A DNA stretch of 63,313 nt from an uncultured Oscillospiraceae bacterium (GCA_904395905.1 CAJFNZ010000116.1:1-63313), one strand, 5' to 3'; shown: positions 46,627-56,313, counted from the stretch's first letter. A program made the numbers and translations. The notes: generated by a model from the sequence alone, not told the origin.

Positions 46627-47361
46627 GTGATTCAGGGATTTTTCAGCGCCACCGTGGGCGCCCAGCAGCAGATGCAGCGGATGAACGTGCAGGCCAACAA
46701 CATCGCCAACGTCAACACCTACGGCTTCAAAAATGAGAAGCCCTCCTTTGAAGCCCTGATGTACGGCATGGTGGACGGCATCGACGGGGCCCAGCTGCCC
46801 CGCGGCAGCGGCACCCGCATGGTTTCCGCCGCCACCGACTTTCGGGATGCGGCCGTGGAAGAGACCGGCCGGGACCAGGACTACGCCATTGTGGGCGACG
46901 GATTCTTCGCGCTTTATGAACCGTCCACCGGGGAGGTTTCCTTTACCCGGGACGGCTCCTTCACGGCTGCCCAGTTCCAGGTGGCCAACGAGGAGGGGGA
47001 GATGGAGGTCCGCTATTTCCTGTCGGACGGTTCCGGCCGGCAGGTCCTCAACGGCAGCGGCTATCCCATTGAGATGGGGGAGGATCTGACGGCGGAGCAG
47101 CCGGTGGGGGTCTTTGCTGTCCAGTACCGCGACGGTCTGCTCCATCTGGACGGCGGCCGGTTCCAGACCACCGCCAAAAGCGGCAACATCTATTTGCAGA
47201 ACAGCGACGTACTCCGCGGCTACCTGGAGACCTCCAATGTGGACCTGGGGACGGAGCTGGGCAAGGTCATCGAGGCCCAGCGGTCTTACAGTTACGCCTT
47301 GCGCATGGCCACCACCGCCGACGAGGTGGAAAGCACCATTCTCAATCTGCCGAACGGATAA
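46627..47361 (+). CDS. flgG: Flagellar rod protein (FlgG/FlhP-like)
   Basis: 'ANNIANVNTYGFK', 'FTRDGSF', 'LETSNVDL..E....IEAQRSY'. Confidence 0.82.
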   Translation: MIQGFFSATVGAQQQMQRMNVQANNIANVNTYGFKNEKPSFEALMYGMVDGIDGAQLPRGSGTRMVSAATDFRDAAVEETGRDQDYAIVGDGFFALYEPSTGEVSFTRDGSFTAAQFQVANEEGEMEVRYFLSDGSGRQVLNGSGYPIEMGEDLTAEQPVGVFAVQYRDGLLHLDGGRFQTTAKSGNIYLQNSDVLRGYLETSNVDLGTELGKVIEAQRSYSYALRMATTADEVESTILNLPNG

Positions 47362-47376
47362 ACGGAGGGGTCATCC

Positions 47377-47997
47377 ATGAAGAACTACGACGAACTCAAC
47401 GGACTGGAGCTGGACGCGCTCCGGGAGGTGGGGAGCATCGGCACGGGAAATGCCGCCACGGCCCTGTCCAGCGTGCTGGGCTGTCCGGTGCGCATCACCA
47501 TGCCGGAGGTGCGCATCATGGGCTACAACGAGGCCATCGACTGGATTGGCGGGCCGGAGGCCATTTCCGCCGGCGTCCTGGTCCATCTGGCCGGCGAAAT
47601 CAACGGCATCATGCTGTCGGTCCAGCAGCTGGAGTACGTAAACCTGGTCCTGTCCCGGACCGTCGGACGGCAGGTGTCCGACTATGAGCAGCTGAACGAG
47701 TTGGACAGCTCCGCCCTGGTGGAGGTGGGCAATATCCTGATTTCCACCTTCATCAACGCCCTTTCGGGCCTGGCCGGCATCACGGTGACCCCGTCGGTCC
47801 CGGCCTTCGCCGTGGATATGCAGGGGGCCCTGCTGACGGTACCGATGGCCATTTACGGCGGCCAGTCGGATTACATCATGACCATTGGCGCTGATTTCCT
47901 CTGTGAGGAGAAGGCGGTGCCCTGCCGTCTTCTGTTGTCCCCGGATATCCGGTCTCTGAATTTCTTATTGAAGAAACTGGGTGTGTTGGATGAATGA
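47377..47997 (+). CDS. cheC: CheY-P phosphatase
   Basis: 'DALREVGSIGTGNAATALS', 'SALVEVGNIL', 'SVP...DM.GA'. Confidence 0.95.
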   Translation: MKNYDELNGLELDALREVGSIGTGNAATALSSVLGCPVRITMPEVRIMGYNEAIDWIGGPEAISAGVLVHLAGEINGIMLSVQQLEYVNLVLSRTVGRQVSDYEQLNELDSSALVEVGNILISTFINALSGLAGITVTPSVPAFAVDMQGALLTVPMAIYGGQSDYIMTIGADFLCEEKAVPCRLLLSPDIRSLNFLLKKLGVLDE

Positions 47998-48472
47998 CAA
48001 AATTGTCGTGGGCATTGCGGACATGAAGATGGCCACCCGGGAGGGAATGCTGGTGACGTACGCCCTGGGTTCCTGCATCGGCATCTGTCTCTATGACCCG
48101 ATACTCCATCTGGCGGCCCTGGTCCATGTGATGCTGCCGCTGAACATGGAAACCGGCCGGAAATCGCCGCTGAAATACGCCGATACGGGGATTCGGGAGA
48201 CGCTCCGGCAGATGGAGGCCCGCGGCGCGCGGCGGAACCGGATTGTGGCCAAAATCGCCGGCGGCGCCCGGATGTTTGAAGTGCCCGGCAACGGCAGCCT
48301 GGGCAACATCGGCCAGCGAAATATCGAAAGCGTCCATATGACGCTGAAAAATGAACACGTCAAGCTCCTGCGGGAGGACGTGGGCGGCAGCGTGGCGCGG
48401 ACGCTGCTCTTTGACGCGGCCACGGGTCAGGCCTGTGTCCGCAGCTACGGAAAACCAGAGTTGATTTTCTGA
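47990..48472 (+). CDS. cheD: Chemoreceptor glutamine deamidase
   Basis: 'ALGSCIG', 'HVMLP', 'KIAGGA.MF', 'IGQRN', 'DVGG'. Confidence 0.96.
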   Translation: MNDKIVVGIADMKMATREGMLVTYALGSCIGICLYDPILHLAALVHVMLPLNMETGRKSPLKYADTGIRETLRQMEARGARRNRIVAKIAGGARMFEVPGNGSLGNIGQRNIESVHMTLKNEHVKLLREDVGGSVARTLLFDAATGQACVRSYGKPELIF

Positions 48473-48513
48473 CATCCACAGGCGGGAAATGTAGGAATGG
48501 GGGGTATGGCTTC

Positions 48514-49458
48514 ATGGAGTACAATAGCAGCGAAATCCTTCTAGAAACGGGTACCAATGAAATAGAGATTATGGAGTTTACCATCGACGGGAATCTCTAT
48601 GGCATCAATGTGGCCAAGGTTCGGGAAATCCTCATGTCGGCGCCGGTGCGGCCCATGCCGCACTCCCATCCGGCGGTGGAGGGCATTTTCAAGCCCCGGG
48701 ACACGGTGCTGACGGTCGTGCATCTGCCCAAGTACCTGAGCGGACAGGAGGGCCCCAAAGGGCCGAAGGACCTGTTCATTGTGACCAATTTCAACAAGAT
48801 GCACATCGCGTTCCGGGTCCACACGGTGGTGGGCATCAGCCGGATCTCCTGGCTGGACATTCAAAAGCCGGACAACACGGTCTCCGGCGGCCCGGACGGC
48901 GTGGCCACCGGTATCGCCCAGTGCGGGGATCAGCTGGTGACCATTCTGGACTTTGAAAAGATTGTGGCGGAGATTGCGCCGGAAACCAGCATCCAGATGA
49001 GCGAGGTGGAGGCCATGGGCCCCCGCGACCGGAATGAGCGGCCCATCTGGGTGGCGGAGGACTCCATCCTGCTGTCCCAGATGATTCGCCAGGCCCTGAC
49101 CAAGGCGGGGTACGTCAATGTGACCATGTTCCCCAACGGCGCGGAACTGTGGGAGAAGCTGGCCACCCTGGCCGCCGCGCCGGATCTGGATCAGCAGGTT
49201 TCCCTGATTATCACCGACCTGGAAATGCCGCAGATGGACGGGCATCGCCTGACGAAGCTCATCAAGAGCAGTTCCGTTTTTAAGGGAATCCCGGTGGTGA
49301 TTTTCTCCTCGCTGATTACCGAGGAGATGCGCCGCAAGGGCAAGGAGGTGGGGGCCGACGAACAGCTGAGCAAGCCGGAAATCGGCCACCTGATTGGCAT
49401 CATTGACCATCTGCTGCTGGCCAGCGACGCGAGGAAGAAAGACGAGGGCAAGGCATGA
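48514..49458 (+). CDS. cheV: CheW-REC adaptor
   Basis: 'YGINVAKVREI' CheW domain; REC domain 'AEDS', 'ITDLEMPQMDG', 'FSSL'. Confidence 0.95.
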   Translation: MEYNSSEILLETGTNEIEIMEFTIDGNLYGINVAKVREILMSAPVRPMPHSHPAVEGIFKPRDTVLTVVHLPKYLSGQEGPKGPKDLFIVTNFNKMHIAFRVHTVVGISRISWLDIQKPDNTVSGGPDGVATGIAQCGDQLVTILDFEKIVAEIAPETSIQMSEVEAMGPRDRNERPIWVAEDSILLSQMIRQALTKAGYVNVTMFPNGAELWEKLATLAAAPDLDQQVSLIITDLEMPQMDGHRLTKLIKSSSVFKGIPVVIFSSLITEEMRRKGKEVGADEQLSKPEIGHLIGIIDHLLLASDARKKDEGKA

Positions 49459-50744
49459 GCAATAAGTATATTGTCAGACAGCCGATTAAAAACGCAGAGA
49501 GCAAAATCATCGGCTATGAGATCCAATACCACGGGGAAAACCAGGCGTTCAGTGACATGGCCGCTACTGACTTTGCCGCTGCTGACACCATTTACAACTT
49601 TCTGACCCAGAATACTGACAAACTTCTGCGTGGGTCGCTGAATTTCATGACGTTTACCACGACGCTGCTGATGAAGAAGACGCCGCGGCTCTTTGCCCAG
49701 GACGAGCTGGTGATTCAGATTGACGACAGCGTCATCATCCACCCCCTGGCCATGCGGATGGTCCAGCAGTACGCCAAAGAGGGCTACCGGATTGCCGTGA
49801 ACGAGTTCCAGTTTGCCCCCCGGTACCTGGGGATTCTGGACGGCATCGACTACATCAAGCTGAACTTCCAGAACGTCCCGGAATTGACGCTGAAGAACAT
49901 CATTGAGATTGCCCACAGCATGAAGAAGCAGTGTATTGCCGTGGGCATCGATACCGAGGAGCTGTATCAGAAGGCGCTGAAACTGAAGGTCGATGCCCTG
50001 GAGGGTACCCGGGTCGCGGAAAAGCTGACCACCCGGGCCCACAGCAGCGGCTATCTCCAGAGCAATTTCTTCCGCCTGATGGTGGCCGTGACCCGGGATG
50101 AGCCCGACGTGGAGGAGATTGAGCAGATTATATCCGTAGACGCCACACTGACCTACGGCCTGCTGAAGATGGCCAATTCCGTCTACTTTGCCCTGCGCCG
50201 CCGCGTGACGACGGTCCGCCAGGCCATCATGACCATGGGCCTCAATGAGCTGAAGCAGTGGGTCTATCTGCTCAGCGCCAGCAACGCCGAGAACCAGATG
50301 GAGGAGGGCGCCGAAGAGTTCCTGCGGATGTCCTTCATGCGGGCCAGCTTCTGCAGCAACCTGATGAATTACGCGAAGAATATGCCCATCTCCAAGCCGG
50401 AGGCCTATCTGATGGGTATGTTCTCCACCTTGAACTATCTGATTGATGCGCCGCTCTCGGAGATCCTCGAGCAGATTCCTCTGTGCAGCGAGGTCAAGGA
50501 GGCGCTGCTCCAGCACAAGGGCCGCTGCGGGATGCTCTACGACCTGGCGCTCAGCTACGAGCGGGCCGACTGGCCCCAGATTGACCGCCTGGCGGAGGAG
50601 CTGGGGATCCCGACCAACCTTCTGACCAGCGTCTACTTCAGCTGTATGGAGGATGTCAACCGGGTGTGGAATGAAATGACACAGCCGGAGCCGAAACAGC
50701 TGGAGGAGCAGCCGGCCGAAGAGCCGGAACTGGCGAACGTCTGA
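49455..50744 (+). CDS. EAL-HDOD domain protein (YuxH/PdeH-like) with degenerate EAL
   Basis: 'IVRQPI...IIGYEI'; HDOD motifs 'D.TLTYGLLKMANS', 'VRQAI..MG', 'AYLMGMFS'. Confidence 0.85.
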   Translation: MSNKYIVRQPIKNAESKIIGYEIQYHGENQAFSDMAATDFAAADTIYNFLTQNTDKLLRGSLNFMTFTTTLLMKKTPRLFAQDELVIQIDDSVIIHPLAMRMVQQYAKEGYRIAVNEFQFAPRYLGILDGIDYIKLNFQNVPELTLKNIIEIAHSMKKQCIAVGIDTEELYQKALKLKVDALEGTRVAEKLTTRAHSSGYLQSNFFRLMVAVTRDEPDVEEIEQIISVDATLTYGLLKMANSVYFALRRRVTTVRQAIMTMGLNELKQWVYLLSASNAENQMEEGAEEFLRMSFMRASFCSNLMNYAKNMPISKPEAYLMGMFSTLNYLIDAPLSEILEQIPLCSEVKEALLQHKGRCGMLYDLALSYERADWPQIDRLAEELGIPTNLLTSVYFSCMEDVNRVWNEMTQPEPKQLEEQPAEEPELANV

Positions 50745-50746
50745 GA

Positions 50747-50776
50747 GGAACAGCGGGCCTGTCGGCCTGCTGTTCC
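50747..50776 (+). terminator. Hairpin after EAL-HDOD gene (weak terminator or stabiliser)
   Basis: ggaacagcgggcc-tgtc-ggcctgctgttcc. No U-tract. Confidence 0.5.
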
Positions 50777-50814
50777 GGCGCATACCCGTGGGGACCGGAA
50801 GGGGATTTGGACCG

Positions 50815-53800
50815 ATGATGCCGCCTTGGAAATACTTTGAGAATCTCAGTGAAATTGTCTACGTCTCCGACCCGGAAACGCACGAGCTCGTCTATCTCAA
50901 CCAATATGCCCAGGACGCCTTCGGCGTCGCCGGCACACCAGACGGCTACGGGAAATGCTATGCAGTGCTGCAGGGGATGGAGCGGCCTTGCCCGTTTTGC
51001 ACGACGCCACGGCTGAAAGTGGGAAAATTCTACGAGTGGATCTATCGCAATCCGCTTTTGGACAGCCTGTTTACCATCAAAGACACGCTGGTGGAGTACA
51101 ACGGCAAGCAGTACCGCATGGAATTCGCCATCCGGACGGAGCAGGAGCAGGTGGAGGCCGACCACTACAGCGTTCACGTCCACTATGAGAGCGTCTTGAA
51201 CGAGGCGGTTCTCATCGCCCTCTCCACCCAGAATATCAGCGAGGCCCTGCACCACCTGTGCAGCGGCATCCACTGCGGGTCGATGTATATCTATGAAATC
51301 CGCGGGGACCTGTGGGCGACCACCCTCTACGCCTGGCCGCCGCTCTCCCAGGACGCCGCCTGGCAGAGTGTCGAGATTCCCTTTACCGGCTGCATCCAGC
51401 AGTGGTACCATCTCTTTTCGGAAAACGAGCCGGTTCTGCTGCCGGATGTGGCGAAGCTGCGGCGGGAGCAGCCGGATCTCTGCAAGCTCTTCCGTGTCAA
51501 CGACGCGCAGCGGACCATCCTCCTGCCCCTCCTGACCGACGGCCGGGTCACCGGACTCTGGCGCATCGACAACCCGCCGGCGGAACAGATGGAGCGGATT
51601 GCCGCGGCGTACAAGATGATGTCCCAGTACCTGGTGCTGGCCATCGCCCAGACGAAGCGGCTGCAGAGCCTGGAGGAGATGGGCTACCACGACCAGATGA
51701 CCGGGGCCCTGAACCGGTATGCCCTCAGCAAGCACCTCCAGCGGCCCAAAGTGGCCGTCGATACAGGGCTGGTGTTCTGCGATGTGGTCGGCCTCAAACG
51801 CATCAACGACCGGATGGGCCATGTGAACGGAGACCGGATGATTCTGCGGGTTTACCACGCGCTGGTCAGCGTGTTTTCCTATCTGCAGGTGTATCGCATC
51901 GGCGGCGACGAGTTCCTGATTCTCAGCGAAGGGCTCTCCCGGGAAGCGTTTCAGCGGCAGGTGGCGCGGCTGCGGGAGCAGTGCGTCGCCGGGAGCTGCC
52001 CGCTGTCCATCGGCAGCGCCTGGGTGGCCGCCGGCGGGGACAGCCTCCAGAACCTGATGCAGCTGGCGGACGCCGATATGTACCGGGACAAGTTCCAGTA
52101 TTATCAGAATCGGAGCGGAGACGAAGGGACGCCGCTGCCGGCGGAGGCCCCCGGGGCGGCGAAGGCGGAGAGCCACGGCCCCGGCCAGTCGCCCATCCGG
52201 TGCTTCCTGGACAACTACTATTTTGACGCGGACACCTTTTTCCAGTCCCTGGTGCAGCCCAACACCAATTTCTATATTTTTTGCGGCGATATGCGCCAGA
52301 ATCTTTACTATATTTCTGATAACCTCAAAGAGGAATTCAATTTCTCGGAGAACCTGGTCTACGACTTTGTCGCCCAGCTGGAAGAACGAATCTATGAGCC
52401 GGACCGGGCCATGCACGAGGAAGATATGCGCGCAATGATTGCCGGAAAGCGGGAGACCCACAGCATCCGTTACCGCATCTATGACCGCCACGGGCGTCTG
52501 GTCTGGCTCCACTGCCGGGGAATCCTCCGCTGGAATTCGGACAAGACGGAGCCGCTGTTTTTCTCCGGCTGTATGAACGAGCTGAAAAACGAGTCCGAAG
52601 TCGATCCGGTCACGGGCCTTCTGAACCAGACCATGGTGATACGGCGGCTGGAAGGCGAGGATCTGGACGGGCTGGAGCTGACGATGTATGCCATCGTGTT
52701 CCGGGACTTTGCCGACATCAACCGGACCTTCGGGCGCAGAGTCGGGAATCAGGTTCTGCGGGAAATCGGCAGCCGGATGGAGCAGGAGCTGGGCGGTTCA
52801 TTCCGCATCTACCGTCTCGACGGCGTCAAGCTGCTGGCGGTGACGCTGGCCCACTCGGACCCCAAGGCGTTTGTGGAAACGGTGCAGCGGATTGTCCAAA
52901 GCATCTACCGACGCTTTGACATCCACATCATCTATCCGTTTGCCGTGGGCGTTCTCCACAGCCGGGGCAAGCCCAAATCCATTCAGGAACTGATTGACAA
53001 CGCGACCATCACAGCGCGGACGGCCAAGGCCTTCCCGGCGCTGGACTATATGGAATTTGAGCCGCATATGTCCCAGCGGTATCAGGCCTATACCGATATG
53101 AGTATGATGCTCAACTATTCTGTCAATCATCAGTTCCAGGGGTTCCGCATCGTGGTGCAGCCCCAGGTGCACGCCAAGACCGGCCGCATTTTCGGCGGCG
53201 AGGCGCTGCTCCGGTGGGAGTATCGGAAAGAGACGGTGTCTCCCGCCCGGTTTATCCCCGTTTTGGAGCAGACGGGCCTGATTGTCCCGGTGGGAAAATG
53301 GGTCCTGGAGCAGGCGGTGGCCGCCGGCGCCCTGATTCGCCGGTGCCGGCCGGAGTTCCTGATGTCTGTAAATGTCAGTTACCTGCAAATTATGGAGGAC
53401 GGGTTCTTCGACTGCGTGCAGGATCTGCTCCGCCGGTACGGCCTTCCGGCGAACAATCTGCTGATTGAACTGACGGAGACGCATTTCGACGAAATGCCCG
53501 ACAATCTGAAGCGGTTCATCCTGAACTGCCGGGACGCCGGCATCCGATTCGCGCTGGACGACTTCGGGAGCGCCTATTCCGGGCTGCAGCTGCTGATGCA
53601 GTATCCGGCGGATCTCATCAAGCTGGACCGGACGTTGATGCGGGAAATCACCTCGTCCGAGGAGAAGAAGAATTTCATCATGAGCGTCGTCTACGCGTGT
53701 CACCGCTTTGGAAAAAAAGTCTGTGTGGAGGGAGTGGAAACGGAGGAGGAGCTTCGGACTGTACAGGAGACGGACTGCGACTATATTCAGGGCTTTTACT

Positions 53801-53952
53801 TTTACCGGCCTCTGGAGCTTTCGCAGCTGTACCGTGAGATTGCAAAGCCGGAGCCCCCGGAAGTTTTGACAAGCTGCCAGGAGGTGTGTGGTGATGGAGA
53901 AGCCGACTTCCAGAAGGATAACGCCGGCGGATTGTGTGGGGCGCATCTGTGA
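50815..53952 (+). CDS. Diguanylate cyclase/phosphodiesterase (PAS-GAF-GGDEF-PAS-degenerate GGDEF-EAL)
   Basis: 'DQMTGALNR', 'INDRMGH..GD', 'YRIGGDEF'. Second GGDEF degenerate ('RLDGVKL'). EAL motifs 'GEALLRW', 'ELTE', 'ALDDFGSAYS', 'IKLD', 'EGVET', 'QGFYF'. Confidence 0.93.
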   Translation: MMPPWKYFENLSEIVYVSDPETHELVYLNQYAQDAFGVAGTPDGYGKCYAVLQGMERPCPFCTTPRLKVGKFYEWIYRNPLLDSLFTIKDTLVEYNGKQYRMEFAIRTEQEQVEADHYSVHVHYESVLNEAVLIALSTQNISEALHHLCSGIHCGSMYIYEIRGDLWATTLYAWPPLSQDAAWQSVEIPFTGCIQQWYHLFSENEPVLLPDVAKLRREQPDLCKLFRVNDAQRTILLPLLTDGRVTGLWRIDNPPAEQMERIAAAYKMMSQYLVLAIAQTKRLQSLEEMGYHDQMTGALNRYALSKHLQRPKVAVDTGLVFCDVVGLKRINDRMGHVNGDRMILRVYHALVSVFSYLQVYRIGGDEFLILSEGLSREAFQRQVARLREQCVAGSCPLSIGSAWVAAGGDSLQNLMQLADADMYRDKFQYYQNRSGDEGTPLPAEAPGAAKAESHGPGQSPIRCFLDNYYFDADTFFQSLVQPNTNFYIFCGDMRQNLYYISDNLKEEFNFSENLVYDFVAQLEERIYEPDRAMHEEDMRAMIAGKRETHSIRYRIYDRHGRLVWLHCRGILRWNSDKTEPLFFSGCMNELKNESEVDPVTGLLNQTMVIRRLEGEDLDGLELTMYAIVFRDFADINRTFGRRVGNQVLREIGSRMEQELGGSFRIYRLDGVKLLAVTLAHSDPKAFVETVQRIVQSIYRRFDIHIIYPFAVGVLHSRGKPKSIQELIDNATITARTAKAFPALDYMEFEPHMSQRYQAYTDMSMMLNYSVNHQFQGFRIVVQPQVHAKTGRIFGGEALLRWEYRKETVSPARFIPVLEQTGLIVPVGKWVLEQAVAAGALIRRCRPEFLMSVNVSYLQIMEDGFFDCVQDLLRRYGLPANNLLIELTETHFDEMPDNLKRFILNCRDAGIRFALDDFGSAYSGLQLLMQYPADLIKLDRTLMREITSSEEKKNFIMSVVYACHRFGKKVCVEGVETEEELRTVQETDCDYIQGFYFYRPLELSQLYREIAKPEPPEVLTSCQEVCGDGEADFQKDNAGGLCGAHL

Positions 53953-54565
53953 AGTCATGACCCGGCAGAACGTACTGCTGTTTGTGGGGACCATTCAGGA
54001 GTACCGCCGGAGAACGGAGGAAATCTGCGTGGAGCTGCGCCGTGGGGAATCGACGCCCCAGGGCGTCCTCTACCATACGGGCGTCAAAGTGCGCGTCTAC
54101 ATCGGCGGCAAGGACGACTTGGTGGTGCATCTTTACGGCGCCGTGTCCCGAAACGGCCTGGACAAGTGGTGGATGGAAGTCTATGAGGTCGTGGCGCAGC
54201 AGGAGCGGCGGGACAGCTTCCGGCTTCCGCTCCGCCGGGATCTGACCGTGCAGCGGGGAGACGAGGCGCCGATACCGGGGGTCCTGGTGGACGTCAGCCT
54301 GGGCGGCCTCTGCTTTCAGTGCCGCACGCCGTACCAGGCCGGCGAGCAGCTGTCGGTGGCGGTCCGGCTCCGCCAGGACGGTCCCGACTACGTTTTCCAC
54401 TGCCTGATTCGCCGGGTGGGAGAACCGCGCGTGCCGGGGCCGAAGCGGTTCGTCTATGGGTGCAGCTTTATCGATTTGCCCAGACATCAGACGGAGAATT
54501 TGAGTCAGGATATTTTCCTTCTCCAGGCTCGGGTCATCAGCCGCCAGCTGGACCGCGGAGAATGA
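53894..54565 (+). CDS. PilZ domain protein (YcgR/MotI flagellar-brake-like)
   Basis: 'QERRDSFR' and 'VDVSLGG'. GGAGGTG RBS lies inside the upstream gene. Confidence 0.85.
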   Translation: MEKPTSRRITPADCVGRICEVMTRQNVLLFVGTIQEYRRRTEEICVELRRGESTPQGVLYHTGVKVRVYIGGKDDLVVHLYGAVSRNGLDKWWMEVYEVVAQQERRDSFRLPLRRDLTVQRGDEAPIPGVLVDVSLGGLCFQCRTPYQAGEQLSVAVRLRQDGPDYVFHCLIRRVGEPRVPGPKRFVYGCSFIDLPRHQTENLSQDIFLLQARVISRQLDRGE

Positions 54566-54569
54566 GAAA

Positions 54570-54619
54570 AAGACCCGGCCACCCTCAGCCAACGCGTTGG
54601 CAAGGGGCGGCCGGGTCTT
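54570..54619. terminator. Bidirectional terminator between convergent PilZ and ComFB-domain genes
   Basis: Outer stem aagacccggcc/ggccgggtctt with inner gccaacgcgttggc; A-tract on the left. Confidence 0.75.
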
Positions 54620-54624
54620 GTCGT

Positions 54625-55443
54625 CTAATTGTCCTGCACCGGCTCGCTGTGGCGCGGCGCGTCCATGACCGCTTTGCAGGCGTAGATAATCTGCGTGGTC
54701 ACATCGCCGTCGTAGCGGGAGCGGTACATCCCCAGCATGGGCGCCACCGAAGCCGCCGGGAGCACAACGTACTTGGCGGGCAGCCGCGACAGCGCCAGGG
54801 CCTTGGCGTCGGCCAGGCAGCGCGGGCAGTGGCACAGGTGGAACATCCGGACGTAGCGACTCAGTTTTTCCTCCACCAGGAGCTCCATCACGTTGAGGAA
54901 CTGCGCATCCCGGAGCCGGGGCTCCTCGGCCTCCGGAGGGGCCGGGTCTGCGGCCGGCTCCGCCGGCTTGGGCGCCGCGTCCGGCTCCGAAAGCGCCGGC
55001 TCCGGCTGGGCGGGCGGCGGGAGCTCCGCCTCCGGTTCGGCGGGCGCGTCCGGCTCCGGCGGCGGGATGTCCGGCTCCTGGAGTTCCTCCGGCGGGGCGG
55101 CGGTCCCTTCCGGCTCCTGCACCGGGGGCGGCGCGTCCGCCGGGGAGGAAGGAGACGTCTCGGGCGCCTGGGCAGCGGGACCGGCGTTGGCCAACTCCTC
55201 TTCCAGCGCGGCCTCCAAGGCGTCGTGAATCGTATTGGACAGGGCCTCGTGGTTGGTTCTCGCCACCTCCAGAATCGGCGGGGTCAGCCGGCTGACGGGC
55301 GCCGGCTCCGGGGCAGCGGCCGCGGCGGAGGCCTCCGCCTCCTGGGGCGGCGTTTTGGGCGGCTCCGCCGCCGGGCGGGTGCCGGCCAGCAGGTTCAGCA
55401 CATGGTCGGTTTTGCTGGTCTTGGACGTTTTGCGAGACGCCAT
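54625..55443 (-). CDS. ComFB-domain protein with basic N-terminal peptide and Pro/Glu/Ala-rich linker
   Basis: C-terminal 'FLNVMELLV...CHCPRCLAD..ALALSRLPAKYVV...APRH'; N-terminal 'MASRKTSKTSKTDHVLNLL'. Confidence 0.85.
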   Translation of the reverse strand: MASRKTSKTSKTDHVLNLLAGTRPAAEPPKTPPQEAEASAAAAAPEPAPVSRLTPPILEVARTNHEALSNTIHDALEAALEEELANAGPAAQAPETSPSSPADAPPPVQEPEGTAAPPEELQEPDIPPPEPDAPAEPEAELPPPAQPEPALSEPDAAPKPAEPAADPAPPEAEEPRLRDAQFLNVMELLVEEKLSRYVRMFHLCHCPRCLADAKALALSRLPAKYVVLPAASVAPMLGMYRSRYDGDVTTQIIYACKAVMDAPRHSEPVQDN

Positions 55444-56231
55444 CAGACTTCCCTCCCTTCCGGACGGGGGAAGTCTCTGCCGGCAATTTCGTCGCAGAGG
55501 TCTTCAAAGTCCTGGGCCGGCTTCGAGCGGGGCGCATAGTCCACGACGCTGACGCCCTGGGCCGGCGCCTCCGCCACGGAGACGCTGGTGCGGATCTTGG
55601 CATCAAAGACCCGGGTATCCAGCTGCGCCGCCATTTGCTGCGCCAGCTCCAGAATCTCCCGATTCAAATTGAGCCGCCCGTTGAAGCGGTTGAGGAGGAT
55701 CCCCAGCACCCGCAGGCGGGAGTTGTAGTAGCTGCGGACGCTTTCAATGGTCTCCTTAATCTGCGACACGCCCAGGAGGCTCAGCACCTCCGGCGCCATG
55801 GGAATGATGAGGTAATCCGTGGCCACGTAGGCGTTCACGGTCAGAATGTTCAAAGCCGGCGGCGTGTCGATGATGACGTAGTCATACCGGCCCTGAATTT
55901 TGGAGAGGGCCGTTTTCAAAAGAAATTCCCGGCCGGTCCGGTTGAATTCCAGCTCTGCCGCCGAAAGGAGGATGTTGGACGGCAGCAAATCGCCGGTGTC
56001 CGTGGAGGCGATGGCCTCCTCCGGCTCGACCGCGCCGCGAAACACATCGTACACGGTGGTACACCGCTCAATATCCAGACCCAAACTGAACCCCAGGCTG
56101 CCCTGGGGATCCAGGTCCACGCCCAGAACCTTGGCGCCGCGGCGGTGCAGAGACGCCAACAGAGCGGCTGCGGTCGTGGTTTTCCCGACGCCGCCCTTCT
56201 GGTTGGTGATGGTGATGACTGTGGTTGCCAT
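55443..56231 (-). CDS. ParA/Soj family ATPase (no ParB in window)
   Basis: Deviant Walker A 'NQKGGVGKTT', 'DLDPQ', 'YDYVIIDTPP', 'AEAP'. Stop codon overlaps the next start (TGATG). Confidence 0.93.
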   Translation of the reverse strand: MATTVITITNQKGGVGKTTTAAALLASLHRRGAKVLGVDLDPQGSLGFSLGLDIERCTTVYDVFRGAVEPEEAIASTDTGDLLPSNILLSAAELEFNRTGREFLLKTALSKIQGRYDYVIIDTPPALNILTVNAYVATDYLIIPMAPEVLSLLGVSQIKETIESVRSYYNSRLRVLGILLNRFNGRLNLNREILELAQQMAAQLDTRVFDAKIRTSVSVAEAPAQGVSVVDYAPRSKPAQDFEDLCDEIAGRDFPRPEGREV

Positions 56232-56313
56232 GAATGACAGCTCTCCTTTCTCGCGGCAGCCAGGGCCGCACCGCGGGGCCAAACCGGCGGGACAAAGAAA
56301 ATCATGGACCGGT

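Noticed and set aside
54900-55200. Repetitive ggctcc/ccggc units
   Set aside because: These encode the PEP/EP low-complexity linker. They are not a CRISPR or DNA-level repeat array.
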